Below the pieces are notes generated by a model. That model was not told where the DNA came from. It did not search any database and was given only the letters and a program-made list of their open reading frames with translations. From Eledone cirrhosa (Eukaryota): a stretch of 64,000 bases of DNA. The stretch lies in contig OZ024742.1 of assembly GCA_964016885.1 (NCBI GenBank), positions 88,660,001 to 88,724,000 of the forward strand, written 5' to 3'. The position numbers and the translations under genes were made by a program. The number at the start of each line of letters is the position of its first letter. Position 1 is the stretch's first letter. Shown one piece after another: positions 31,751-46,242 of this stretch.

Positions 31751-33054
31751 GGAAAAATTTGAATAGGAACAAAACAGAGAGGCAGTACAACGAATGTTTA
31801 TTAATTTCACGCTCTGGAGAGTGGGGTGGTGGTGGGGAACGACGTTTAGGGCATACGCCCTTCCTCAGGTGAGAAGTGTGTGGGAACAGAGTTCAAAGGG
31901 TGTGTAGGGGAGTGGTGGAGAGACATATAGCGAAAGGAAACGGTGCGAATGAAATTAAAAATAAAAATAAAAATAAAGCATGATCAAAATAAAAGGAATG
32001 AAATAAAAATAAATATAAAAGCATGATCAAAATAAACTGAAATTAAAAAGGGGTAAAACAGGTGGTGGAAGGGTGTGGGTGGGTAGGGGTGGTGGCGGGT
32101 GGAGTGAGGAGAGGGAGACGGGGTGTCCGAGCGGGGAGGGCTGAAGGTGGTGTGTGTGTGTAGGTGTACGTGTGTGTGTGTGTATGTGAAAGCAAGGGTT
32201 GGGGGAAGAACGGGGTTGCATGTTCAGGAAGAGGTGTGTGTTGGGTGGGGTGTAGGTTGGAGTGTCTGTGCGTGTGTGGATAGAGGGGTGGGGGACAGGA
32301 ATCCCGAGGCTGAAGGTGTATATATGTGGTGGGAAGCACGTGTGTGTGGGGTTTAAGCCTGGTGTGGCTGTAGGTGGCGTGTGGGAGAAAACAAGTGTTG
32401 TTGGATGTGTGTGTGGGTGAGTTATATAGGTGATTACGTAAGAGGATGTGGTTGAAATGTTGGTAAACTCCTATGAAGTTAGTAGATTCCACGGTGGTCA
32501 AGTTCCACATACGAGTATTCCATGAAGAGATGGTCGGAAGAGGAGATATGTGGGGTGCGCGCGCAACAGGAAGTGGTCAAGGCGGTGGGAGTGCTGTGTG
32601 TCTGTTTGTGCTGGGAGGTGGTCAGAGGGTATCGCAGCAATTGGGTGGAATGGTAAAGGGGCTAGGATGGGTAGGTGTGAAAGTTGGAGTGAGGAGGCTG
32701 GGTGTGTGTATTAGTAGAGGTGTTAGTGGGATGAGTGAGTGTGGAGAAAAGGTGTGGGTGTGGGGGGTCGATGGAGGGAGTGCGGTGTACTGGTGTGTGT
32801 ATAGTTTGATGAAGGGGGTATTAGTGGGTGTTAGTATACGGGAGGTGGGGAAAGGTTTGAATGCAGGTGTGAGTGGGAGTTAGTGGTGGTAGGGTGTGTA
32901 GAGTTGGTGGTGTACGAGGGTGTGTGGGTACGTGTGCGTGTGGTGTTAGTGATGTTAGTTGCGTGTGGGGTGGGTGGTGTAAGTGGGTGCGTGTGTTCGT
33001 GTGCTTGGAGTCAGGGGGTGTTAGTGAGGTAAGTTGCGGGGTGGTGGGATGGAG
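31749..33054 (-). mobile_element. Non-autonomous PLE-like repeat (family E), truncated by a Tx1-like LINE
   Basis: Highly similar to 43343-44660. Its HHR-like motif has GAAA mutated to UAAA. Homology stops at 33054, where the LINE ORF1 begins. Confidence 0.8.
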
Positions 33055-36000
33055 TACTTAATGAAGCCACTTTCATAAGAAGAGACAGACTGTATGGAAG
33101 CCTAGCGATTATTATGATGAACGAATCAGCGGCAAAAAAATATGCTTTGTCGCCGATTCGTTCGACAAATTTTACCTTTAATCCATCTTATATGGGTAAA
33201 AGAACTCAGCGCATATGGCTGGATGCGATGATGCCAGATGTGGACTACTGCTGGCTCATAGCTGGCTTCATCGATCCAGCGAATGACAACGTGATTTCCA
33301 TTGGGAAAACTAGACAATGCGTTCAGTGGAACAAGTATGGAACTTGTAGTGCAAATGAAGCCTGAACGCGTTGCCCAAATACCCGACAGAATCCTATTAG
33401 AGGGCCACGGGTATATAAACATTAGCGTGGAGGGGAGAAGGCCGTTCTGTCATATCTGTGCAGGCAGAGGGCACCTGAAGGCGGCTTGTCCCCCAACTCA
33501 ACAAGAAGAAAACCCTGCTACCAACACCAGCTCCACCACCACCACAACAGATAAACAAACAACAAAACTCAGTCCCACCCAACCCGTCCCTCAGTAAAAC
33601 TACACCACCACCACAACACAAACAGACACAACACATTACCCAAAAACGAAACACAGTCCCACCCAACCCCTCACTCAATAAAACAACACAACCACCGCAG
33701 CCACAACACACAACACAGTCTAACATAGTGACATCCATCTCCCCCACAAAGAAAACCAACACGGAAACATTACCAGCAAACATACCTCTTCCCTCCAACA
33801 CTGAAGATAACCCAATGAATTCGGAGGAAGAAACGGAGTCTTTCAGACAGATTAGAAGGAAAAAGAGAAAACATGTGCAAAACACACAAGGCCAAACGAC
33901 CCCTACCCAAATGTCAACACAATCCAACAAAACTCAAAACACCCCTCCAGCAACAAACAAAACCAAACCCGCCCCTCCGTTCTTCGAAACACTCACACCA
34001 TCCGATAAAAGACATTACACTATACTTACATCAACAGAAACAATAATAAATTAAATGAACTCATAAACAATAACCCTTCGGTACAAACCGAAGGGGTAAA
34101 CTTTGTTTCTTCAGAAAACTACCCACATTTAAAATTAATAAAGATCCCAATGAACCTCTACCAAAAACTAAAAAAGGATTTTAAGGAGGACGTAGGACCA
34201 CCCTCTGTCAAACCCATAAACCGCGTCCTCCTAAAAAGCTTTACCCCTCCCCCTACCCTCCCCAACCCACTCCAAACACCCCAACCCCACCACAAACTGA
34301 CGACCCCACACCACCACAAGACACCCCTTCACCCAACACCGCCGACCCCATGGAAGTCGTGCGACCCGAACCCCGGGAAGCAGAAAGGTAGGTCTCTACA
34401 CTCTACTTTGGCTTTGCCGCCCACATGGATGTGTTAAGAGTAGGATCATTGAATGCACGTGGCCTGGGCTCAACTTGGAAGCAAGCAAAGCTTCTAAATG
34501 ACCTCAGGTCACGTGGTATAAATGTAATGGTTATCTGTGAAACTCGGTTCAGCGTCGTGCGGCAGCTGGCCCCTACCATCGATGACTTTGAGGTGCATGC
34601 ATCTCTATGTCAACCTGAAGGTGGGGTTGGGGTAATCGTACTGCTGGAAAAAAAACACCTGGGTCTCGCCGTACAGGTTGTTCACTCGGACCCGGAAGGT
34701 CGTTTGTTGGTGCTAGACGTTGGCAGTAGTGAAGGTGCGGCATTGAGAGTGGTCGCCGTCTACTCCCCTTTCGGAGCTGAACGACCCGACCTCTTCCAGC
34801 GTCTGGAGACTTTTCTGGGAACTTCGCGTTCCCTGCTTCTAGCGGGGATTGGAATGACATCCTAGATGCAAGTTGGGACTGTGCAGCAGCATGTCCTAAT
34901 AGAGGGGTGTAACAGCCTCAAGGGGTTACTCGAACATTTTAACTTGGTCGATAGATATCGACTAGATTTTCCAACTGTGCCAACCTGGACTTGGACGAAC
35001 CACGGTGGTCAATCTAGATCGTACTTAGATAGATTCTTAGTTAGTAGTAAGGATAGGGACATGTTAAGCTGTCCAGAAATGCTCACGGTTGGCTATACGG
35101 ATCACAAATTAGTGACCTGCGTAGTCAATCTCGAGAAAACACATAGACAGGGTCCCGGTTACTGGAAAATTAATTTGTCTTTATCGGCAAAAGAGACTTA
35201 CAGAAACCGGATTAGCAGAGTAGTTAAGGAGAGGTTGACGGGTGCAATCGTCAACAACCGATGGTGGGCATCTCTTAGAAGAGAGATTAGAACAGAATCA
35301 ATAAGTTATAGCAAGATGTTAGCTGCCGATAGGAATAGGAACGAGAAAGAATTAATAGGTAAATTAGAAGAGGCAATCAAGAGCGAAGATGTGGCCAGAG
35401 TGCTGCATTCGGGGACGGCCTTGAGCCATTTTTTCGATGCAAAGCACGAAGGCTGCGTCATTCGAAATAAAATACGTGCTCTAGGTAATGAGGGGGCCAA
35501 AGCCGTCGGCTGGGCCCGCGTGACAGAAGCTAAGAGTTGAAATCGATCCACCATCCGGTCTTTGCAAGACGAGGATGGACGGGTGATCCGGGAGCCTAAG
35601 CAGATGTGCGAGGCCTTTCAAAGGCACTTTGCCCGATTATTCGGGGGAGGCGAGGGTCCGGGCGGGGACGTGGATTTCGATCCATACCTCGACGGCCTGC
35701 CGCGTCTCTCGAGCGAAGAGGCAGAGTCCTGCGAGAGACCACTCTCGGCTGATGATATCGGGGATGCGCTGAGCCAATGCAGCAGACGCAAATCTCCAGG
35801 TCTCGATGGTATACCTTACGAACTTTATTTAGCAATGCCGGTCTTCTTCTCCGAACTCCTCGAAGCAGTCTACTGCAATTGGTAGCAGAACGGGAGAATT
35901 CCTTGTTCTGTAGCCAAGGGCGTAGTCTCGCTAGTGAGGAAGGACGAGAACAAGGGGGATAGTATAAATAATTTTCGGCCCATAACCATGCTAAACACAG

Positions 36001-38076
36001 AGTTAAAGATGTTGGCCAAGGTGTTAGCAAAGAGGTTGGCGCTTGTCGTGGGTGGCCTGGTGGGAGATGCGCAGACATGTGCTATCCCATCCAGGTCCAT
36101 TCACGACAACCTCTACCTCATGCGATACATCATAGAGAGGGTTGGTAACAAACCCGGCTTCGGTGGGGCTCTGATCAACTTGGATCAGTCTAAGACGTTC
36201 GATAGGGTCGACCATGGTTACCTGGATGCGGTGCTAGCGGCGGCTGGGTTCGGTCCTGTTTTCAGAGGCTGGATCACTGCCTTACATAGCAACCACATCT
36301 GTTCTATGATCAAGGTGAACGGCTACCTTTCGAAGCCGTTCGAAATCACACGATCCATTTGACAGGGGTGCCCTCTCTCCTCCCTTCTGTACGTATTGAC
36401 TCTCGAGCCTTTACTGAGGAAGTTGGAGTTGTTCCAGGGTATCCCCCTGGAACCAGGATTGAGCAAAGCGGTGTCGGCCTACGCCGATCACGTAACAGTA
36501 ATGGTATCGACCGACTCGGAGATCGAGGCGATCGGTACCTTACTGGAGGAATACGAAAGGTTGTCAGGAGCGAAACTGAACAGGGAAAAATCCATCGGGC
36601 TGCAACTCGGAACGTGGAGAGGCAGACCGATGCCTCCCGACGTGTCGTCGGACACTGGACGGAGGGCCCGGTGAAATTGCTTGGGGTCTGGTTTGGACCG
36701 GACCTCCAGGTGGAAAAGAACTGGGGCGAGGTTACGAACAAGGTGTTTGCACTAACCCAGAAATGGACCAAGTGTAAGCTGTCCCTAAAAGGTCGGATGG
36801 AGGTGGCGAACATTTACATAGCGTCCGTCACTTACTACCGCCTGACTGTCGTGCCTTGCCCTAAGGAAACACTCACCACCATGGAACGCATGCTCTTTCA
36901 ATTCCTTTGGAAGAAGCGCCCTCCTATGGTGAGAAGATCCATCGCTGCCAACAACCTTCGAAAGGATGGCTAGGGATGCCGTGGTTGATGATGCGTAGGC
37001 ACGCATTAAGGCTACGGCACCTACAGGTATTCCTCACTGGTCAACCCGTGTGGTCTGTTCGTGAAACGAGCCTTTCTGAGACTCGTCTCGCTCACCGAGC
37101 TGCAGTCCTGTGTCAAGCAAAGATCCGGAAAAACGGGAGACTGGCACACTGAGTGTGCCCAGGCGCTCAGGGCTCTCTGGCAAGCGGACCCGGCCATCGG
37201 TGGAGAATCCACCTCGTCATTCTATAGAGGGCTGGTGGCTAACAGGGGCGATGACACCCTTGGAGAGTCGCTGGACATGGAAAAGGACGAGCTGGCCAGC
37301 CTGTTCGGTAGGACTTTCGGCCCGGGACCAATGGACAACTTCCAGAAGTCACTAGCCTGGCAGTGCTACCGGGGAGCGCTACCCGTTCGAGAAAAGTTCT
37401 ACAGACACGGGCGCCCGGGCAGGGATCCCTCGAAAAAGATTTGTCCTAGATGCGTGCGTCACGAAGAAACCGTTGCGCACGCATTGGTGCAATGTCCGGG
37501 CGTGGCTGATTTGTGGGGCTACACCGAACGACTGCTGTCACGGGTGGCGCCGATTCGCTTGACCGCCGAGTCCGTGATGACAATCAAGCCGCCTCCCCTC
37601 TTCACAAAGGAAGCAAAGGCGGTTTTTCTGTGCGTAATAGCCATCTTGAAAGAGGTTGTTTGGTGGACACGATTGAAAGATCTGAGGTCAGGCAACTTCC
37701 TCTCTGGCCATAGTCTGGTCTACTTCTTCCGATATCACTTCGGAAGAAGGATAAGAATGGAGAGAGAGGTGCTTGGCCACAGGCAGTTTTATGAAAGGTA
37801 GGTGATAGTGGCGAGAATGGCTCGTGTAAATGGGCCTTCTCTGTATACCATCCTGTAGGTAAAGAGGTGAAGGAGAGGCGAGCACCTTCTCCATGTGCTC
37901 CCCGGGCAAAGGATTGCACACTTTTTCGGGGGTGTGTGCAATCCCCCATCACGTCTCCTCCCTTTTGAGGTTGTTTTCGCTTATTTTCATTTTATACCCT
38001 TTTTACACGGTTTTATGTAAACTCCCCCTTTGTATTTGTCCCTTCTTTTTATGTCTTTATGGTAAATAAAGAAATA
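33055..38076 (+). mobile_element. Tx1/L1-like LINE, near full length, 5'-truncated in ORF1
   Basis: ORF1 knuckle RPFCHICAGRGHLKAAC. ORF2 34425-37858 is frameshifted: GSLNARGL, TDH, KSPGLDG, FRPITMLN, SAYADH, CPRC..ETVAHA..C. AATAAA at 38065, then (TATC)n(TC)n(TA)n. Confidence 0.93.
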
Positions 38077-38102
38077 TCTATATCTATCTATCTATCTATC
38101 TA

Positions 38103-38201
<99 letters not shown>

Positions 38202-38474
38202 AATGAAGAAACGGAGTAAAGAGCTCGCCTTAATCCCTGTAATATAATGAGCGCAAGGACATTTTTCCGGGCTCTTCAAACTATAATATAGGTAAGAGAG
38301 AACACACGAATCGAATGGGTTTTCATTACAGGTGTGATAGTTATGAAGGCACGTTTTACATTTTAATTAATCTGTTTGATTATAATGTATTTCCTGCACT
38401 CTCGCAGCTTTTATGTTTTTAACTCTTATGTTTTTCATGTGCTCCCCCCCCCCTCTCTCTCCCATATATATACA

Positions 38475-38822
<348 letters not shown>

Positions 38823-38949
38823 CAGAGTTTGTGTATAATTTTCTCTTGGGACTGGGAGCATGGAAGTAATCAAATATTTCCTCATTTAAATTGCCTTGCT
38901 TCTATCTACAAAAAAATATCAAACTTACACTTAAGAATATTATTGTTTC

Positions 38950-38982
<33 letters not shown>

Positions 38983-39221
38983 AATCCATTTTTTTTTTCT
39001 CTTTCACTCGGCATTAAATGAGTTTTTATATAAATCTGTATTATATATTCTCCAGTTTATCTATATTCATATGTCCTCAGTGATGTAGACTTGTACAATT
39101 TCCGGTGCTAAACGGAAGTCATGAAAAGAGAAATGAAAGGAAACATATGTACATTATTCTCTTATATCTAAATATCATCCTACGCACACGCACGCACACA
39201 CACACACACACATACACACCT

Positions 39222-39257
<36 letters not shown>

Positions 39258-39526
39258 TTATATATATATCTACACATCTAATATTGTCAGATAAAAAGTT
39301 ATGGAGTTGAACATCAAATCGGTTTTACATTTCAGCGGATGGTAATATTGCTCTCGAGATATTACGCATAAACAAAACTCTAACTTGATTATATAAACAG
39401 ATGCGTGTAGATTTTATCACACATGTACGCAAACATACACACAAATACAGACACACAACACACACGTGCACAAACAGACACCACATACACACACACCCAC
39501 ACCCACACCCGCACGCATACACGCAA

Positions 39527-39575
<49 letters not shown>

Positions 39576-40179
39576 CGGGCTGGACCAAAACTGCGAATTA
39601 GAAAAATGAAGATGGATTTAGACATAAACACATTATTATTGTAGTAGGTATTTTCTGAAAGATGTTCACAGTGGACCTACTTGATAATCTGAACGCTCTA
39701 TAAAGTGGTAGTGGCGTCTAGGAATAGCGGAACTTAATCTTCTTAGGTTTGATTGAATGAAGAGATTAAATAGATTAATTTTTCTTCTAACTATTATCAG
39801 AGACAGAGAAATGTTGCCTTGTATTTGGTGTTTGCTTTGGGCCTGTTCGTTACAGCTCTTGTGAAGAAAAATGTTTTATTTGAGAAAGAGATTATATTCA
39901 TATATCCATGTGTGTGAATCTTTCAAAATAAATGTTGGTTGATCTAAGTAATCAACTAACGATAGTGTTATCAACCATAATCCCTTCAGGTCATGGCTAT
40001 AATACGTTATTACGTTTATGGTATCAGATAATACCCATTAAGGAAGCAGGGAGACGGTTTTACATATTCAACTTCAGTTGATTCCCCTTAGATCACCCAT
40101 GTTATGTACATGTCAAAAGCATTGATATGTTCTTATATAATAATTATTAAATGTGTTCTTGTCAGACATAGGCTGGAAA

Positions 40180-41060
40180 TGAAAAAAATATCTCTTTTTT
40201 GTTTTTAGCTTACTACATGCCTGCTGTCGAAGGGATGTGGTACATTCAGGCTTATAGCAGGCATGTGCTTTATCAAAACTGGCGTTGCGAGCCAAACTTT
40301 CACACGCGGCATTTACTAGCTGAAGCAAAATCTGTCTCACTGCACTGTCTCCTCTACGGCTCAACTTCCTCAGTTTGCTCAGAGAAATCTTTGAACAGGA
40401 GTGTGATAATATCCGTATAACTGGTCCTGACTTCCTTATCCTCCAATACCTCTAAATTTAACTTGTAGGTTGTAGCTGGACCTGTTAGTTTTGTAAGATG
40501 TTTGGCTTTAGGAAGTCTCAGGTTGCAGATAACTAGATGGTGATCAGCTGACTGCCTAGCCCCTCTTATAACAGAAACATCCAACAAAGAATCCAATAGA
40601 TCAGAGACAATAACAAAATCAATTATTGTTCCAAACAACCCTTATAGTTTATATATTTATGGAGGTTTGTGTTCTGGAAAAATTTGTCCATGATATTAAC
40701 AACATTGCTGGAACAGAAATCTAACAAGGGAACTCCTTGTTAAACCTCCCCCGGTAAAGCCTATGCTAAGTGTCTGCCAAAGAGATATATTGATATTGCC
40801 GAATCCAAGATAGCTGATGAGCAGTGTGGTTTTCACAACCCATGCAGCACAACCGCCATAATATTTACACTGCAACAGGTCTTTGAGATATCGCGGGAAT
40901 ATTGCCACGAGGCGTATGCCTATTTCGTATAAATAGGCATACACCTCGTGGCAATTACCGCGTTCCATGCATTCTACAAGCGGTATGGTGGCTCCGACTG
41001 GTCTTTCGATAACGTTATGGGATAGAGCATATAGCCATATACAATCAAACCGCATTTCTC
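40180..41060. pseudogene. RTE-clade LINE remnant with internal inversion (APE on -, RT on +)
   Basis: Minus strand: LLDFCSSN, IIDFVIVS, ADHHLVICNL. Plus strand from ~40735: LLNLP/GKAYAK..EQCGF..IFTLQQVFE. Confidence 0.75.
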
Positions 41061-41370
41061 TTATGGAGAATCCGTAATATAAAGAATATCTGGGGTTTTT
41101 TTCTATCTCTCTCTTCTCCCATACACACTCCCTCTCTTTCCCTCTTTCTCTTTCTCTCGCTATCTCTTTTTTTATATAAACTTTTCCCTTTTTATTCTTG
41201 GTAAAACAAATTTTTTTAGTTCGATTTACAAAGCAGGAACACATAAGATGTCTCGATGAAGGTAAGCAGTGTAATTTAGAATCGGTCCAATTCTGATTTT
41301 TCGTATCGTCGTAACAATTAACATCCCATTTATTTAGATGTATATCTAACAAAATAACCTCTAATGTAAC

Positions 41371-41546
41371 ATGGATTGGCAGTATCGGTAGAGGGTCGGA
41401 CGCCATGTTTTCCAGCATAGTTACGTCCCTTTGCCTTTCATGCTTACGGTTAACTTTGCCTTTCATCCTTACGGGGCCGATAAAATAAAGTACCAGTAAT
41501 GTACTAGGTTATTGATGGCCTTGTGCCAAAAGTAGAAACAATTATT
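41371..41546 (+). mobile_element. tRNA-derived SINE with the B-box region replaced by an internal duplication
   Basis: Same family as 211-396; TTTGCCTTTCAT(G/C)CTTACGG occurs twice. Confidence 0.85.
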
Positions 41547-41964
41547 AAATCATTTAAAGATAATCGGTCATGTGACGGTAGAATAAGTTCTTATTTCCAG
41601 CACGGTGTTTCTCTGTCCCAGTATCATTCATGATAGTGGAGATGACGAGAAATTAATCGTTTAGTTGATATTGCTGTTGTTATTGTGGGTGATGATGATG
41701 TTAATAATAATGATGATGATGGTGAGGATGATGATTATGGTGGTGGTGGTGATGATGATGATAATTATGATAATGTTGATGATGGTGGTGATGATGATGA
41801 TGTTGATGTTGACTATAACGATCTTGATCAGGTTATTTTTCTTCTATTTCAGTTTCGGTTATATGTACTGCGAGTGCAAAAGTCAATGTAACAACTGATC
41901 GAGTAAGTATCTTAAACGACAGTTTTTATTTTACTTTAACCTTATCTAATGCGTCGAGATTAGA

Positions 41965-42005
<41 letters not shown>

Positions 42006-42023
42006 CGTGAGTGTGTGTATGTA

Positions 42024-42056
<33 letters not shown>

Positions 42057-42465
42057 GTGTTTGCGTGCGTATGTGTCTATGTGTGTGACTATAAATTTAT
42101 ATATATATAAACACAACAAAGTAAGGTTTTTTTAATATATACCAGAGGCACAAGCTTCATGTTGACATACACGAACATATCTCCATCACACAGCTAGATG
42201 CAAAATGCATCAAAGCCCCCCTAAAGCTAAAATCCTCAGTCTTATTTGTTACCTTTGTATCTATCATCTCGCCATATATTTCGAGAGTGGCGGCTAACCT
42301 TATCAATATTACATTCATTCCATTTCACTTCTAGATTCTTCGAGTAGTCCCAGTGTAGCAAACCCTCGAAATACCTATAATTAGGAAAAAATATATTATC
42401 GACACACATACAATATCCAACCAACTGTCTAATTAAGACTATTATCTTAAATTTCCTTAAATATA

Positions 42466-42545
<80 letters not shown>

Positions 42546-43342
42546 TACTGCGAGTTTGACTGTCTTGAATATTTAAGAAAATTTAAGAGAATAGTCTTAA
42601 TTACACAGTTGGGTGGATATTGTATATATATGCAGGTATATATGACGGAGAGAGTGTGGATTTGATGTTTCGTCCTCGGTGCCTCATTGGACAGTGTATA
42701 AAATCCTTCTGTTCTGGTGCTGCATCAGGGAATCACTTGCTTCGGGCGTGTCACGAATATTTAGTGTGAGAAGGTATGTGCGTTTGAGTATACAGAGTAT
42801 ATTACTCTATACACATATTTGTATTTCTGTTTATGTATAGAGTGAGAGTACGTTTTTGCTAGTGATTTTGTAATGAAGGAAACTTTAAGTCGTAAGATTC
42901 TGTGCAACAAAGTTTAGGTCTATATGCGCAATGTGTGTTTGTGTATACATGATTGGTTTAGTGTACCTTAACTTACATATCAGTTAACCATCTATATGTA
43001 AATGTTATTTATTTAATGGACACAAATACACAAATCTTTTTTACACTTCAATTTGATTAATTTTATGAAAAAAATGATACCATTAAAACACCACTGACTC
43101 ACAATTGTAAGATGTGAAACACACAACTAGCACCACTCTTAATATGGCAGGTTCCAATAAGTATACACCCTCAGTTAAACACACTCAATTGAAAAATTGC
43201 ACAAAAATGCTCTTTCTATATAACTTTCACTTTCCACCTATTTTCATCAAACCTAATGCATAAATACATTCAAACACACACACACGCAGACACACACACA
43301 CTCACTTACATAAACGCATATATATATATATATATATATATA

Positions 43343-45031
43343 ATGGAAAAATTTGAACAGGAACAAAACAGAGAGGCAGTACAACGAATGTTTATTAATT
43401 TCACGCTCTGGAGAGTCGGGTGGTGGTGGGGAACGACGTTTCGGGCATAAGCCCTTCCTCAGGTGAGAAGTGTGTGGGAACAGAGTTCAAAGGGTGTGTA
43501 GGGGAGTGGTGGAGAGACATATAGCGAAAGGAAACGGTGCGAATGAAATTAAAAATAAAAATAAAAATAAAGCATGATCAAAATAGAAGAAATGAAATAA
43601 AAATAAATATAAAAGCATGACAAAATAAACTGAAATTAAAAAGGGGTAAAACAGGTGGTGGAAGGGTGTGGGGTGGGTAGGGGTGGTGGCGGGTGGAGTG
43701 GGGAGAGGGAGACGGGGTGTCCGAGCGGGGAGGGCTGAAGGTGGTGTGTATGTGTAGGTGTACGTGTGTGTGTGTATGTGAAAGTAAGGGTTGGAGGAAG
43801 AACGGGGTTGCATGTTCAGGAAGAGGTGTGTGTGGGGGGGTTGTAGGTCGGAGTGTCTGTGCGTGTGTGGATAGAGGGGTGGGGGGAGATGAATCAGGGG
43901 GCTGAGGGTGTAAATATGTGGTGGAAAGCACGTGTGTGTGGGGTTTAAGCGTGTTGTGGGTGTAGGTGGCATGTGGGAGAAAAAATTGTTTGGGGTGTGT
44001 GTGTGGGTGAGTTATATAGGTGATTACGTAAGAGGATGGTTGAAATGTTGGTAAATTCCTATGATGTTTAGTAGATTCCGTGGTGGTCAAGTTCCACATA
44101 CGAGTATTCCATGAAGAGATGGTCGGAAGAGAGGAGATGTGGGATGCGCGCTCAACAGGAAGTGGTCAAGCGGTGGGAGTGCTGTGTGTCTGTTTGTGCT
44201 GGGAGGTAGTCAGAGGGCATAGCAGCAGTCGGGTGGAATGGTAAAGGGGCGAGGATGGATAGGTGTGAAAGTTGGAGTGAGGAGGGTGTGTGTGTGTATT
44301 AGTAGAGGTGTTAGTGGGATGAGTGAGTGTGGAGCGAGGGTGTGGGTGGAGCGGGGAGAGAAGGGTGTGTGTAGTTCTATGGAGGGAGTGTGGTGTACTG
44401 GTGTGTGTGTAGTTTTATGAAGGGGTTGTTAGTAGGTGTTAGTATGCGGGAGGTGGGGAAAGGGTTGAATGCAGGTGTGAGTGGGGGTTAGTGGTGGTAG
44501 GGTGTGTAAAGTGTGTGGTGTACGAGGGTGTGTGGGTACGTGTGCGTGGGGTTGGGGGTGTTAGTGATGTTAGTTGCGTGTGGGGTGGGTGGTGTAAGTG
44601 GGTGCGAGTGTTCGTGTGCTTGGGGTCAGGTGGTGTTAGTGAGGTTAGTTGCGGGGTGGTGTGATGGAGGTGTGGGGGTGAGGGTTAGTGGTGGTAGTAG
44701 GGTGTGTGTTTAATGTGAGCGCGTGTATATATGTGCCGGTGGGTGTGTGCGTGTGATAAGGAGGGGGAGGAGAAGAAGGGAGGGATGTTAGTATGTTAGT
44801 TGGGGAAGGGTGGTCGTATGAGGGGTGAAGTGGAGGTGTTAGTATTGTTAGTTGTGGGGTGGGTGGTGAAAAGGAGGGGTGTGTTAGTGGTGTTAGTGGG
44901 GGATAAGTGTGGGGGGTCGAAAGCTAAAGGAATAAGGGTGGGGAGTTCAGGCCGGGGGAGTATGGGTCTGTAAGATGAAGATAGTTCTTTGTTCGACTCT
45001 AAGGCGATTGGCGGGTGTTCCGTGGCATTGG
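43343..45031 (-). mobile_element. Non-autonomous PLE-like element (family E), (TA)n-flanked; HHR-like motif at 43431-43470
   Basis: Reverse complement CAC-CUGAGGA-A-GGGC UUAU GCCC-GAAACGUC, followed by AAUAAA. CA/C-rich body, with a possible GIY-YIG tail remnant (EYSYMWNLTT). Confidence 0.75.
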
Positions 45032-45071
45032 AATATATATATATATATATATATGTGTGTGTCTGTGTGTG

Positions 45072-45173
<102 letters not shown>

Positions 45174-45420
45174 TGAAGGTGCATGGCTTAGTAGTTATAG
45201 CATTGGCCTTGCAATTGTGAGGTTGTCAGTTCAATACTTGGATTGGTTGTTGTGTTGCGTCCTTGTGCAAGTCACTTTATTTTACATTGTTCCAGTTTAC
45301 TCTGCTGTAGAAATGAGTTGGAACGTCACAGTTGCGTACCAAAATGTACGCATACGGCAGATTAAGTAGGCCACACAATGTCCCTTTCCCAAAATACTTA
45401 TTTCTATTTGGAAGCCCCCT
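45174..45420 (+). mobile_element. Second tRNA-derived SINE family, degenerate
   Basis: A-box TGGCTTAGTAGTTA, B-box-like GTTCAATAC, then the TCCTTGTGCAAGTCACTTT core. Confidence 0.65.
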
Positions 45421-45751
45421 GTGGTTGGATGTGAAATCCGAAATATAGGGACGTTAAAGCTTTTCCAATGTAATTCTACCTGTGGTGTTCTTTTTACGCC
45501 TTTTTTTAACGTTCTATACATCTCGTTTTACGTTTCTTCTTGCGATTCTCTCTCCTCCTACTGGCACTTGATTTTTGTTACCCAGAGATTGTCCCATCTG
45601 CATTGTAGAGGCTTCCAAATCATCAATTGTCATATTCCACAATACTTGAAACAATCTACACATACTCTTATATATATACACACACATACATACACATACA
45701 CACACACACACACACGCACACACACGCACACACACGCACGCGCGCACACAC

Positions 45752-45857
<106 letters not shown>

Positions 45858-46088
45858 CATAGATTAATGAGAAAATCCCAACGCAAGACTAGCTGTTATA
45901 TCAGCAAAGTACCGTCAATGACGGTGTCGGGTAAAATTGACCTCACAGTACAGAAATCAGCGGCTAGATGTGTGTTGGTCCGCAGACATGATAGGAAGAA
46001 AGGAGTGAAGGAAGAAAATGAACGAGAGAAGATCAGACAAACATCATTTCACCTCATCTGCTCTCAGACCAGCTGTACGTTCGCACAG

Positions 46089-46089
46089 G

Positions 46090-46176
<87 letters not shown>

Positions 46177-46192
46177 CGAAATACATAGATTA

Positions 46193-46240
<48 letters not shown>
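46089..46240. repeat. (GATA)n + (GATT)n microsatellites
   Basis: Read directly. Confidence 0.97.

Positions 46241-46242
<2 letters not shown>

Noticed and set aside
39065-39160. GAAACATATGTA HHR-like half motif (similar partial motifs at ~38250-38285 and ~42660-42730)
   Set aside because: No intact CUGANGA with a paired stem I; at most decayed relics.
40696-41466. 256-aa minus-strand ORF
   Set aside because: A chance fusion of SINE, simple-repeat and antisense RTE sequence.
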